In this document: in pieces, positions 38,246 to 47,394 of the stretch
Numbering within the stretch: position 1 is the stretch's first letter
Layout: each line of letters opens with the position of its first letter
NCBI GenBank assembly: GCA_038227875.1
Contig: JBBRPR010000006.1
Location: forward strand, 64,001 to 128,000
Direction of reading: 5' to 3'
Length of the DNA: 64,000 nucleotides
Source of the DNA: Planctomycetota bacterium
GTDB lineage: Bacteria > Planctomycetota > SZUA-567 > H5-PLA8
Translations under genes and position numbers: made by a program
The notes under the pieces: generated by a model
The model's input: the letters and a program-made list of their open reading frames with translations, nothing else
The model's database searches: none
Told to the model about the DNA's origin: nothing

Positions 38246-41200
38246 GTTGCGCGTCTCCTGCCGTCACCGGCGCTTTTCGCGTGCTGATTTGCGATTTGAT
38301 GGCCTCGTCGGTCTTCGCGCGGTAATTTTCCATCGCGTCATGATTCAGCGCGCGCCAGATCAGGAACTGCTTACGCAGATCGTTGATGAAAATGCGATTG
38401 AAGCGCTCCCAGTTCGCCGGACGGCCGGACAGGCGGTGGAATTCGATATTCACTTCCTGAATGCCCGGAATCGACGAGGGCACCGTGGAGAGCTTGAACG
38501 TCTGGCTCACGCCCAGGTCGAACGGCGCCAGCCACACTTTCGCGTGCAGGCCCAGCGTGCGCGAATCGCCAATCTTCAGGATCTCCGCATCCTGCGCCGA
38601 GAAGTGGCCGAGCGAAATGTCGTTGTGGCTGTCGAGATGTTCCTTCAGGAAGCTCACGATGCCCTTCATGTCGTAGCTCGACACCGTGAACGGGAAGACG
38701 ATGCTGTGAATATCCCCCTGCGGCTTGGGCAATTTCCACGAGCGGTTGACGCCGGGGTTCGCTGAACGCGAGGCCTTGATCGCTGGATAGATCGTCGAGA
38801 GCAGCACGGTGGCCATCACAATCAGAATCGTGATGATTGCCGTCGATGAGGAGTAATTCACGTTCGGCACCCGCACGATGCCATAGTGCGTGCTCAAGAA
38901 TGTCAGCACCGTCACCAAGGATTGCCCGAGCAGGTAACCTCCCAGCCCGCCCAGCACCGCGTAGATGAAGACTTCAGCGAAGAACAACGTTGCGACATGC
39001 GGCGGCGCCAGGCCCAGCGCGCTGAACGTAAAGATTTCCTTCTCACGTTCGACCACCGAACCCAGCATCGTGCTGAAGACAATGAGCCCGCCCAGCAGCA
39101 GCGGCACAATCAAATCGCCGATGCCCGTGAAACTCACGCGGTCGGTGAACTGGAAGCGGTGGACGCCGTCCGGCAATCCCGCGTAGACGTAATTGTCACT
39201 CAGCCGCGCGACTTTGCGTGCGATCGCTTCGGCGGCTTCGGGCTTTTTGGGCATGACGATGATCGCGCGCGGCCACGCTTTCATTTTTTCCATGTTCTTG
39301 TCGGAGACAAACGCGACCTGCGCAGGACTGATCGACGTCAGCGAACCCGGATCGATGTTCTGCAGGATGGCGCGCAGCACGTCTTCGCTCATGTTCTGAT
39401 CGTTGCTCTGCGACATCTCCATCGCCGCCTGAAAATCCAGCGGCAGGTATGGTGATCCGTCGAGTTGCCGGATTTTCTCGACCTTCAGATTGTCGAACGT
39501 GCCCGCAACTGTGTAGGGATAGCCCCAGAGCGTCACTGAATCGCCACGCTTGAGTTTCAGTTTCTCCAGCATGTCTTCGCTCAGGAAAATGCCATCGCCT
39601 TCGAGCATCTTCTTGGTATCGCCTTCCAGCGCGTCGAAGATCTCCGGCGTCACACGGTGATCGAACTCCGAGACGGCCATGACGCCATTAAGCATCATCG
39701 GCGAACGGCTGGTGCGCGTCATCACCGGCGCCTGCATGGGCTGAAACGGCCCGCCGGACATCGAGACGCGCGCGTAAACGTCGGCCTCTTCGGATAGCAA
39801 CGACTTCAGCGCGCTGACCTGATCTCGGTCGATCGGCGACCACGTGACGTTGTGGATCAGCATGTAGTTCTTGTTGTTCTGCTGACCCAGGTACGAATGG
39901 ATTACGTCCGACGTCGAACTGAAACTGGCGAAGCAGAGAATCGTGAACGTCAGCAGCACTACCGTGACGGCCGTCAGCGTCGTGCGCAGCGGCCGGCGGC
40001 GCATCGTCGAGATGCCCATCTGCACCGCCGCCAGCATCGTGCTCATGCGGCTGACTTCCGACGTGTGCACCGATCCCGCGAGTCCCTGCATCGTGCGGAT
40101 TTCGCTCTGGAACTTCTGCATCACGATCATGATCACAAAACCGCTCATCACGATGATCGTAAACGCCAGGAAAATGATCATCGGCGTCGCCGCGAGCTGG
40201 AAGGCGGGATGCACGGCGTAGAGCGCCAGGAACGTGATCAGAAAGAAGCCCGCAAAGCCGGCGATCTGGCGGTAGATGTTCGGCGAGCCGATCAGCAGGC
40301 GTTCCAGGCTGAAGGCGAAGGGGATCGTCAGAATCAGCAGGAAGATCACGGCGTGGATCACGTCGTCCATCGTCGCGATGATGGGATTGTAGATGCGATT
40401 GCCCGCAATCGCCGACGCTTCGGCGTGCGCGTATGCGCTGCCCCATTTGCCTGCGGCAGCCGCGTCCTTGGATTCGGCCAGTTGGTCTTCGCCAAAGCCG
40501 TGCATGCGTTCGATGGAATTGTCGTACAGCCCCGCGCGCCGCAGCCGCTTCAGGCGGCTTTCGTTCAGATTCCACAAATCGCCGGACGCCGTGAGCGCCG
40601 TCGATAGCAGCAGCGGCCGCACCAGACTACCGTACGCGGGATCGGCGTCGGGATCCTCCGGCGTCCACGAAACGCCCGTGCCCATCGGGTTGTCCGGCGA
40701 GCCTTTGATCAGCGGCAGCAGCGTCTTGCCGAACAGTTTGACGCTCTTGCCAAACGGCACGTAAAACGCCATCGTCGTGTCCACGGCGCGGATGTAATAA
40801 TGGGGGAAATCCGCATCGGTCTCCGCGTTCAGCAGCTTCCAGTCGCTCTCCTTGATGACGTTGCCCGTCAGCGTATCGCGGCAGAGCGTCAGCGCGGCGC
40901 CCTGGGCATGGAAGAGCTTCAGTTTGACCGGCGCATTGGCGAAATTGGCGAAGCAGACGCGGTTACCGCCCTCGTTGTGATTGACGATGTATGTGACGCG
41001 CCCCCGCGCATCGAATTTCGCCGCGTCGAAGGCCCATTCGTTGGGCACCACCGACGGCATGTCGAAGAAACCCAGTGAATCGGTGAACATGTACAGCGTC
41101 CGGTCGAAGCCGGGGATGTAATTGTATTCCGAAAAGTTCATCGCGCTCTTGCGCGCCGGCAGCGCCGCGACAATCACGCCCGCCGCCGGTTCGTCGGTGA

Positions 41201-43187
41201 TCGACGCGCCTTCCGTGCACATCACCACGTTGTTGCCGCTCAGCACGGAATCCTTGAGCGTGAACAGGTACTGCTTCGCGTTGATTGTCGCGCTGTTGCG
41301 CAATCCGAATTCTGGATCGCTGGCCAGCACGCGCAGCAGCGCCGCACCTTCACCGGCTTGCGCGCGCAGCACATCGATTTTCAAATTCGCGATCGTGTCG
41401 CTGGGGAGGCCTTCACGGCTGTAACCGTCGCCCATCGTCATCAGCGTGAAGCCAAAGTAGCCGTAGGCTTCCGCCACTTCACCGGCGTGCGTGAACGTCG
41501 TCGGCACCCAGAGGCGCGTGCTGTACAAACCGGAAACCGTGTGATCGAAGAACGTGTCGTGGGGCCAATCCGCGTTGGCGCGCAGTTTGGAAATGGCGTT
41601 GCGGATCGCGCCGAAGGCTTTGGCGTACGTGCCCGACGTCGATCCGTAATTGGCGGTGTCCAACGGGCAGTCACCGCCGACAATCAAACCCCAGTACGGC
41701 ATCGCGTCGCTGAAATCGAAGTTGAAATGCGCGACGATGCGCACGTACACCGGATCGGTCTTTCCCGGCACGGGCGGCTTCACCAGCAGATTGCCGAGCG
41801 CAATGTACTCGTCGTTGCGCGTTTCCTGCAGATCCAGCTCCGCGCGGCGGCGCGCCAGGCGTTCTTCCGTCAGCTGCCGCGTGGCCTTGTATGCGGTCAT
41901 GTCTTCGGCCGCCACGATCCGGGATTTCAGCGCGTAGCGAAGTTTATTCCAGGCGGACTTCTCATTGCGAAATTTATCCACACGCTCGGAGAGCGCCTTG
42001 AAAGGCTTGTTCTCCAGCTGATTCTTGGCGATCAATTTATTGAGCCGCCCCGTGGGTTCCACCAGGCGATCGGCCTGCCAGCTGGCGGTCAGATCCAACT
42101 CCCGGATCGCAGCGTCGTTCATGAACGCCAGCGGAAACGTCGCGGCATCGGCGGGCGGTTCCTGCCGGATCATGCCGAGCTTTTCGTCGAGCAGCGTTTT
42201 CTCGTCGGCGTACATCTTGCGACGTACAGTTTGAAGCGGCGCATCGTTGGCGCTTTCAATTCGCACCTTTTGAATCGCATAGTAGAGCCAGCGCGATCCG
42301 AGATGGTACTGACATTCGTCATCCAGAAATGCAAACAAGACCGTGCGCGTGGGTTTGGCGGCCTTAAAGATCCGCGCCGTTTCCAGCAGCGCCGCGCAGT
42401 TGGCCGCCGCGCGTGCTCCCTGGGCCAGCGCCGCCACGCTGCCGAGCGTGTCGAAATGGCAGGACAACACCAGCGCCTCTTCTTCCGCGCCGGCCGGCGT
42501 GGAGCCCGGAAGAACGGCGATCACGTTTGCCCCTTCGCCTTTCGTCCAGCGCGCCGACGACAGGATGGTGGCGCTCACGGTTCCGCGCGTCAGCAGTCCG
42601 GCCTTTTGCGCCACCTCGCGGCGTATAAAAAAGCGCGGCAGATCGGCGGTGATGTTCACCTGCTTGTCGCAGGCTTCCATGGCGAACGTGTGTTCGTCTT
42701 CAACATAAACCACGGCCGCCGCGCCCAGCGCGAACGCCTGCGAACCGCCCTCCAGCTGCGAGAAGTCGAGCAGCACGATCGCGCCGCGCGGATCCACGCC
42801 ATCGAATTCCGTCGCCGTGCCCGAGCCCGCGTAGATCACTTTTCCCGTCAGTCCAGCCGCGCTGGTGACCGCAGGCTGGAGCAGATTGGGATGCATCGGA
42901 AACAATTCGTAGTCAGCGCCGCCAACGGACAGCTTGCACTCCACCGATTCGCACTGCGGCACCGTGAAGTGCTGCAACTGGACGTCGTAACCCATCGACT
43001 TCAGTTCGTTCTGAATGTACTCGCGTGCCGCCGCGCCTTCCGTCGTGCCCGAAAGACGGTGTAGCGCCTTGCAGAGCGCCGCGACGTGGCGCTCGAAGCG
43101 TTCCTTGTCGAACACCTCGTCCTGCCCGGCAAACGCCAGTGCGGACGCGAACAGTGCGGTAAGCAGAACTGCACGGCGCAGCATCAT
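38238..43187 (-). CDS. Secreted PA/M28-peptidase-like domain fused to an FtsX/MacB-type permease (1649 aa)
   Basis: Signal peptide MMLRRAVLL; HRLSGT, PA insert, NVIAVLPG, VLSCHFDT; TM block; RRPLRTTLT; VVEREKEIFTFSALG..P; TIYPAIKASR. ATGA overlap with the upstream ATPase stop. Confidence 0.8.
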   Translation of the reverse strand: MMLRRAVLLTALFASALAFAGQDEVFDKERFERHVAALCKALHRLSGTTEGAAAREYIQNELKSMGYDVQLQHFTVPQCESVECKLSVGGADYELFPMHPNLLQPAVTSAAGLTGKVIYAGSGTATEFDGVDPRGAIVLLDFSQLEGGSQAFALGAAAVVYVEDEHTFAMEACDKQVNITADLPRFFIRREVAQKAGLLTRGTVSATILSSARWTKGEGANVIAVLPGSTPAGAEEEALVLSCHFDTLGSVAALAQGARAAANCAALLETARIFKAAKPTRTVLFAFLDDECQYHLGSRWLYYAIQKVRIESANDAPLQTVRRKMYADEKTLLDEKLGMIRQEPPADAATFPLAFMNDAAIRELDLTASWQADRLVEPTGRLNKLIAKNQLENKPFKALSERVDKFRNEKSAWNKLRYALKSRIVAAEDMTAYKATRQLTEERLARRRAELDLQETRNDEYIALGNLLVKPPVPGKTDPVYVRIVAHFNFDFSDAMPYWGLIVGGDCPLDTANYGSTSGTYAKAFGAIRNAISKLRANADWPHDTFFDHTVSGLYSTRLWVPTTFTHAGEVAEAYGYFGFTLMTMGDGYSREGLPSDTIANLKIDVLRAQAGEGAALLRVLASDPEFGLRNSATINAKQYLFTLKDSVLSGNNVVMCTEGASITDEPAAGVIVAALPARKSAMNFSEYNYIPGFDRTLYMFTDSLGFFDMPSVVPNEWAFDAAKFDARGRVTYIVNHNEGGNRVCFANFANAPVKLKLFHAQGAALTLCRDTLTGNVIKESDWKLLNAETDADFPHYYIRAVDTTMAFYVPFGKSVKLFGKTLLPLIKGSPDNPMGTGVSWTPEDPDADPAYGSLVRPLLLSTALTASGDLWNLNESRLKRLRRAGLYDNSIERMHGFGEDQLAESKDAAAAGKWGSAYAHAEASAIAGNRIYNPIIATMDDVIHAVIFLLILTIPFAFSLERLLIGSPNIYRQIAGFAGFFLITFLALYAVHPAFQLAATPMIIFLAFTIIVMSGFVIMIVMQKFQSEIRTMQGLAGSVHTSEVSRMSTMLAAVQMGISTMRRRPLRTTLTAVTVVLLTFTILCFASFSSTSDVIHSYLGQQNNKNYMLIHNVTWSPIDRDQVSALKSLLSEEADVYARVSMSGGPFQPMQAPVMTRTSRSPMMLNGVMAVSEFDHRVTPEIFDALEGDTKKMLEGDGIFLSEDMLEKLKLKRGDSVTLWGYPYTVAGTFDNLKVEKIRQLDGSPYLPLDFQAAMEMSQSNDQNMSEDVLRAILQNIDPGSLTSISPAQVAFVSDKNMEKMKAWPRAIIVMPKKPEAAEAIARKVARLSDNYVYAGLPDGVHRFQFTDRVSFTGIGDLIVPLLLGGLIVFSTMLGSVVEREKEIFTFSALGLAPPHVATLFFAEVFIYAVLGGLGGYLLGQSLVTVLTFLSTHYGIVRVPNVNYSSSTAIITILIVMATVLLSTIYPAIKASRSANPGVNRSWKLPKPQGDIHSIVFPFTVSSYDMKGIVSFLKEHLDSHNDISLGHFSAQDAEILKIGDSRTLGLHAKVWLAPFDLGVSQTFKLSTVPSSIPGIQEVNIEFHRLSGRPANWERFNRIFINDLRKQFLIWRALNHDAMENYRAKTDEAIKSQISTRKAPVTAGDAQRV

Positions 43188-43999
43188 CCCCCCACCCCGC
43201 TCAGGTCGCCCAGTTCGCTCAGGCCGCCGACTTCCGCTTCGTGAATTTCGATCTCCGAACGCATCGCCGAGCGTTCGATCTTGCCGTCGCGGATCCAGAC
43301 CATGCGGTCGCACGCGGAGAGAAACTTGTGGTCGTGCGTGACGCAGATCACGCTCACGCGCTGTTCGTCGCGCAGCTTGCGCAGGATGCCCAGGATTTCC
43401 TTGCCCGTTTTCAGGTCGAGATTCGCTGTGGGCTCGTCGCACAGCAGCAGCGACGGCTGGTTGGCCATCGAGCGCGCGATTGCCACGCGCTGCTGCTGGC
43501 CGCCCGACATTTCCAGCGGCCGATGCGCCCAGCGCTCTTTCAAGCCGACCAGGTCGAGCAGCTTCATCCCGCGTTCGCGCCGCGCATCGGCGTCCAGTCC
43601 GGCGAAGGCCATCGGCGTGGTCACGTTTTCCAGCGCCGTCATCTGGCCGATCAGGTTGTACGTCTGAAAGATGTAGCCGATTTTGCGGCAGCGCAGGTAC
43701 GCCAGTTCGTGCGCGTCCAGCTGCGCCACGTCGACTTCGTCGATGAACACACGCCCGGACGTCGGCGAATCCAACCCGCCGATGATGTTAAAGAACGTCG
43801 ACTTTCCGGAGCCCGAGGGCCCCATGATGCAAATGAAGTCGCCACGGTGAATCACATAGTCAATACCCTGCAGCGCGTGCGTTTCGGTGTTGCCACGATA
43901 ATAGGTCTTGCGCAATTCGACCGTGCGCACGATCACCGGACGCTCGTTGGGATCGTCTTCGAGCTCCGCGTCTGCAGTTGTCGTCACGGCTGGATTCAT
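43184..43999 (-). CDS. ABC ATPase, LolD/MacB type
   Basis: [42 protein letters not shown]. Confidence 0.96.
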   Translation of the reverse strand: MNPAVTTTADAELEDDPNERPVIVRTVELRKTYYRGNTETHALQGIDYVIHRGDFICIMGPSGSGKSTFFNIIGGLDSPTSGRVFIDEVDVAQLDAHELAYLRCRKIGYIFQTYNLIGQMTALENVTTPMAFAGLDADARRERGMKLLDLVGLKERWAHRPLEMSGGQQQRVAIARSMANQPSLLLCDEPTANLDLKTGKEILGILRKLRDEQRVSVICVTHDHKFLSACDRMVWIRDGKIERSAMRSEIEIHEAEVGGLSELGDLSGVGG

Positions 44000-44026
44000 C
44001 GCACTCGTTTCCCGATTACCACTTCG

Positions 44027-46150
44027 CTACTCGACCCGCATCGCTTCCATCGGCGCCATGCGCGAGGCCACCCACGCCGGATACACGGCCGCGAGCATCG
44101 CCAGCAGCATTCCCGCCGCCGTCGACACGCCTGAATTCTTCAACACATCCACAAACGGAAAGTAACTCGAGGTATAAAACCCGTATGCCGCGCCGCAGCG
44201 CATCACGGCCAGGATCAATCCCAGGATCACGCCGAAGACCGCGCCGATCAGCCCCTGCAATCCCGATTCGATCAGGAAGATGGTCATGATGAACTCGTCG
44301 AGCGCGCCCAGGCACTTCATCGTCGCGATTTCGCGGAACCGTTCCGTTACGGCCATCAGCATCGCATTGGCGATACCCACGACGCAGACCAGAAACGAAA
44401 CGGCGATCAGCCAGAATGTTCGTTCACTGATGCCTTCCGTCTTTGTGCCGCGCGATTCCAACTGCGCTTGCATTTCGCGCACGCTCGTGCGCGCCTCTTC
44501 CATTTTTCCGACTTCCATGATCTCGTCTTCGGTCACCGGCAGCGGCGCCTTCACGCGGCTGGCGATGTGGCGCGCGTTGCTCTCGACGTAGCCGATCACC
44601 TGCGGGCTCTTCTCATCGGCGCTGCAGTAGAGCATGATCGCCGCCGGACTGTAGTCGGTGCTGATCCCCAGTTCGTCCCAGTGGGCCTTGTACTCTGGAT
44701 CTTTCAAGTAGGCGGCCAGTGCTTCGAATTTCGGATTGCCGGCGGCCGCCGGTTCCAGTGGGACTTTCTGCAGGCCGCGCTTCTGCACCCAGCGCAGATA
44801 ACTTTCCGCCAGCGATTTCACATCGTCTTCACTGCACGGCAGCGGGTTGGGAAGCGAAGCGGCCGTATCCAGCAGCCAGCGCCGCACCGCGCGGTTGTCG
44901 TTGAAGTACCAGAGCAGATTTTCGTTGCTGAACTCCTCGGGCAGGCCCAGCGTCTTCCATTTCTCCGTGAACACGGGATTGTCGATGTAGTTGATGAACT
45001 TTTTCTGTCGTTCCGATTTGTAAACTTCGCCGTCGGAAAGATGCGCGATCGAGCGCCCCGCATTCTGCACCAGCACGCGGTACGCGTTGGAAAAGGTCAG
45101 CAGTTCGTCGCGCGTCACGGGCAGCGGCGTGGTCGTGCGGGTCGCAACGACCTCCGCGTGGTCACGCACCCACTTCCGCACTTTTTCTTCCGTGATGTAG
45201 TGCTTGAGCAGTTCTTCGGGTTTGTAATCGCCGGGAATTTTCAGATCCGACCAATGGCTGCGAAATTCCGCGTCCGGCACGTAATCGCGGAACAACCGCA
45301 ACGCCGCGAGCTTGTGGCGGTCGGCGCAGACAGCCGTCAGTTCATCGGCCGTCACTTCAAATCCCGCCGACGTCAGCGCCGTCAGCAACTCCGCGCGCCT
45401 GGCCTGCGCGGCGGCCGGATCCTTCAGATTCGCCGCGGCATCCAAAGCCTTTTCCACGGGCATTCCGAGCCTGGCATCCACGGTATCCAGCGCCGCGATA
45501 ATGCTTTTTTCCAGCGCGGCCAACTGCGCGCGGTAGGCCGGCCAGTCGTTCTCAAATTTCCAGAGCGCCGGCAGTTCATGAGGAATGGTAACCGCCGCCA
45601 TTTCCGGCGATTTCAAATCCTGCGCAAACTCCCGCTGCGGAGTGGGATCGACGAGGTACTCGAAAATCGCGTCGCCATCGTTGCGCTTCACCAGCCGCCG
45701 CTTGCGCCCGAAGTCCAGCGCATCGAAAAATGCCGTGAATTCAATCTCGAGTTTCGCCGACTGGATCAGCTGCTCGAATTCCGCGGCGGAACCCGACCAG
45801 CGCGACAGTTCCTTCCAGCGCGGCTGCTCCGGCTTGAGCTTCGCCAATTCCTTGACCAGCGTCGAGCGCGGCGTGTTCCGCGCCAGGCGCTGCGCGAAAA
45901 TGTCCGCGACATAGAGGCGTTCGAATTCGCGCTGCACACCGCGCGCCACGGAATTCGAGATGATAGTCTCGGTCAGGATGTTCATCAAGAACGCCACGGC
46001 CAGCACGATCACCGAGAGCGTCACCGCCGAACGGAAGAAGCGGTGGCGGATGCTGCTGACGCAGAATTCGAAGCTGCGCCGAAACGACAGCTTCTCCTGG
46101 TCGCGCACGGCCTTCTTCACCGCGATTCCTTTTTCGGCCACCTGTTCCAC
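44027..46150 (-). CDS. FtsX/MacB-type ABC permease with a large extracytoplasmic domain
   Basis: RFFRSAVTLSVIVLAVAFL (TM1); GIANAMLMAVTERFREIATMKCLGA; YPAWVASRMAPMEAMR. The GTG start shares a base with the upstream TAG. Confidence 0.9.
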   Translation of the reverse strand: MEQVAEKGIAVKKAVRDQEKLSFRRSFEFCVSSIRHRFFRSAVTLSVIVLAVAFLMNILTETIISNSVARGVQREFERLYVADIFAQRLARNTPRSTLVKELAKLKPEQPRWKELSRWSGSAAEFEQLIQSAKLEIEFTAFFDALDFGRKRRLVKRNDGDAIFEYLVDPTPQREFAQDLKSPEMAAVTIPHELPALWKFENDWPAYRAQLAALEKSIIAALDTVDARLGMPVEKALDAAANLKDPAAAQARRAELLTALTSAGFEVTADELTAVCADRHKLAALRLFRDYVPDAEFRSHWSDLKIPGDYKPEELLKHYITEEKVRKWVRDHAEVVATRTTTPLPVTRDELLTFSNAYRVLVQNAGRSIAHLSDGEVYKSERQKKFINYIDNPVFTEKWKTLGLPEEFSNENLLWYFNDNRAVRRWLLDTAASLPNPLPCSEDDVKSLAESYLRWVQKRGLQKVPLEPAAAGNPKFEALAAYLKDPEYKAHWDELGISTDYSPAAIMLYCSADEKSPQVIGYVESNARHIASRVKAPLPVTEDEIMEVGKMEEARTSVREMQAQLESRGTKTEGISERTFWLIAVSFLVCVVGIANAMLMAVTERFREIATMKCLGALDEFIMTIFLIESGLQGLIGAVFGVILGLILAVMRCGAAYGFYTSSYFPFVDVLKNSGVSTAAGMLLAMLAAVYPAWVASRMAPMEAMRVE

Positions 46151-46500
46151 TATTTCTTCCCCGGCAACACGGCGATGATTCCACGTTCGCTCAGCATCCG
46201 CATGAATTGCAACACCGCCGCACGCGATTCTTGAAAGCTGAGCTTGTGCTTTTCCATCATCTGCCGCACCACGTCTTCGACGCGGTGCCGCCCGTCGCAT
46301 TGCGACAACACCCACGCGCCCATTGCATCCAACTGCACGCGCCGCGCGCTGGAAAGCGGAAATACCCACGTCAGCGGCGCGCGCGCCCACCAGCGCTTCT
46401 TCATGGGAATCGTCACCAGCACGCCGCGCGAATTCTCTTCCAGCATCGCGGCGCGATTCTGGTGCGGAATCGCCTTCAGCATCTCGTCTTTGGCGCTCAT
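46150..46500 (-). CDS. PqqD/RRE-like protein (116 aa)
   Basis: VQLDAMGAWVLSQCDGRHRVEDVV...VLQFMRMLSERGII matches the PqqD winged-helix pattern. Confidence 0.78.
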   Translation of the reverse strand: MSAKDEMLKAIPHQNRAAMLEENSRGVLVTIPMKKRWWARAPLTWVFPLSSARRVQLDAMGAWVLSQCDGRHRVEDVVRQMMEKHKLSFQESRAAVLQFMRMLSERGIIAVLPGKK

Positions 46501-47381
46501 CGCGAATCCTTCCCGCAACACGAGACCACGTCTTCCAGTTGCGGCGCGCCGTCCACTGCGCCTTCCCACTCCGCCGCGTACAACCGCTCTTCGCTGTCGC
46601 AAACCCACACCGCCGCGCGGCTGGATCGCTTCACCCGTGTGAGCAACTGCAGCGGCGTCGGCCGCCCGGGCTTCAACCGCACGCTGACGCCCGTATGCCG
46701 GCCGATCTTCGTGCCGTCGCTGCCGAGCACCCGTTTGGGTTCATCCAGCGTGCTGGCAAACCAGTCTTTCAAACTCCGCCCCTTTAATTGCGCCTCCGGC
46801 AGTGCGAAGCGTTCGATGCGCACGCGCTGCTGCTTGCGCCCGCGCGTCGCGAACGACAGTGCCGCGCGGCCGGGAAACACATCGCACGATTGTACGTCGT
46901 ATTCACTGGGCAGCCGCACCGCGCAGCCAAACGCCCGCCAGCGCCACGCCGTGCCGGGTTTCTGGCAGTGGAAGCTTTCCAGGATTCGCCGCTGCAGCGC
47001 CAGGTCGCACTTCCGGTCGGTGGTGAACTGCGCCTGCAAAAGGTGGCCGGAGTCCGCAAAATAACCCACTGCGACAGTCAGGTCCTCTTCCGCGCCGCGC
47101 CATTCAATGCCCGACCAGCCCGCCGCACTTTTCAGCGTCTGCCATTTGCGCTGAAGCAGCGCGCCTTTCGGATCGCTCTTGCCCAGCTGCGCCGCGGCTT
47201 CCTCAAGAATCATCGTCGCGTTCACCGTCTTCGCCTCGACCCTGCCCCACAGCAGGCTCAAACGCCGCCCGCGCGGATCGGCCAGCGCGCATTCGCCGCG
47301 CTGGCGCTTCTTGCTGAAGCGCACGCACTCCCAGTCGTCGGGATGCTCAAACTGTATTCCCTGCCAGGCAAACGTCTGCAT
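46497..47381 (-). CDS. Hypothetical soluble protein
   Basis: Coupled (ATGA) to the PqqD-like gene; FAWQGIQFEHPDDW and WRAFGCAVRLPSEY motifs. Confidence 0.75.
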   Translation of the reverse strand: MQTFAWQGIQFEHPDDWECVRFSKKRQRGECALADPRGRRLSLLWGRVEAKTVNATMILEEAAAQLGKSDPKGALLQRKWQTLKSAAGWSGIEWRGAEEDLTVAVGYFADSGHLLQAQFTTDRKCDLALQRRILESFHCQKPGTAWRWRAFGCAVRLPSEYDVQSCDVFPGRAALSFATRGRKQQRVRIERFALPEAQLKGRSLKDWFASTLDEPKRVLGSDGTKIGRHTGVSVRLKPGRPTPLQLLTRVKRSSRAAVWVCDSEERLYAAEWEGAVDGAPQLEDVVSCCGKDSR

Positions 47382-47394
47382 CGTGGACGAGCCT

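Noticed and set aside
43188..43442. N-terminal 85 aa of the 1734-aa ORF
   Set aside because: It overlaps the ATPase gene in another frame. The signal peptide and ATGA coupling place the start at 43187.
46150..47381. RiPP or PQQ biosynthetic cluster suggested by the PqqD-like gene
   Set aside because: No radical SAM, PqqB/C, cyclase or precursor peptide is visible nearby.
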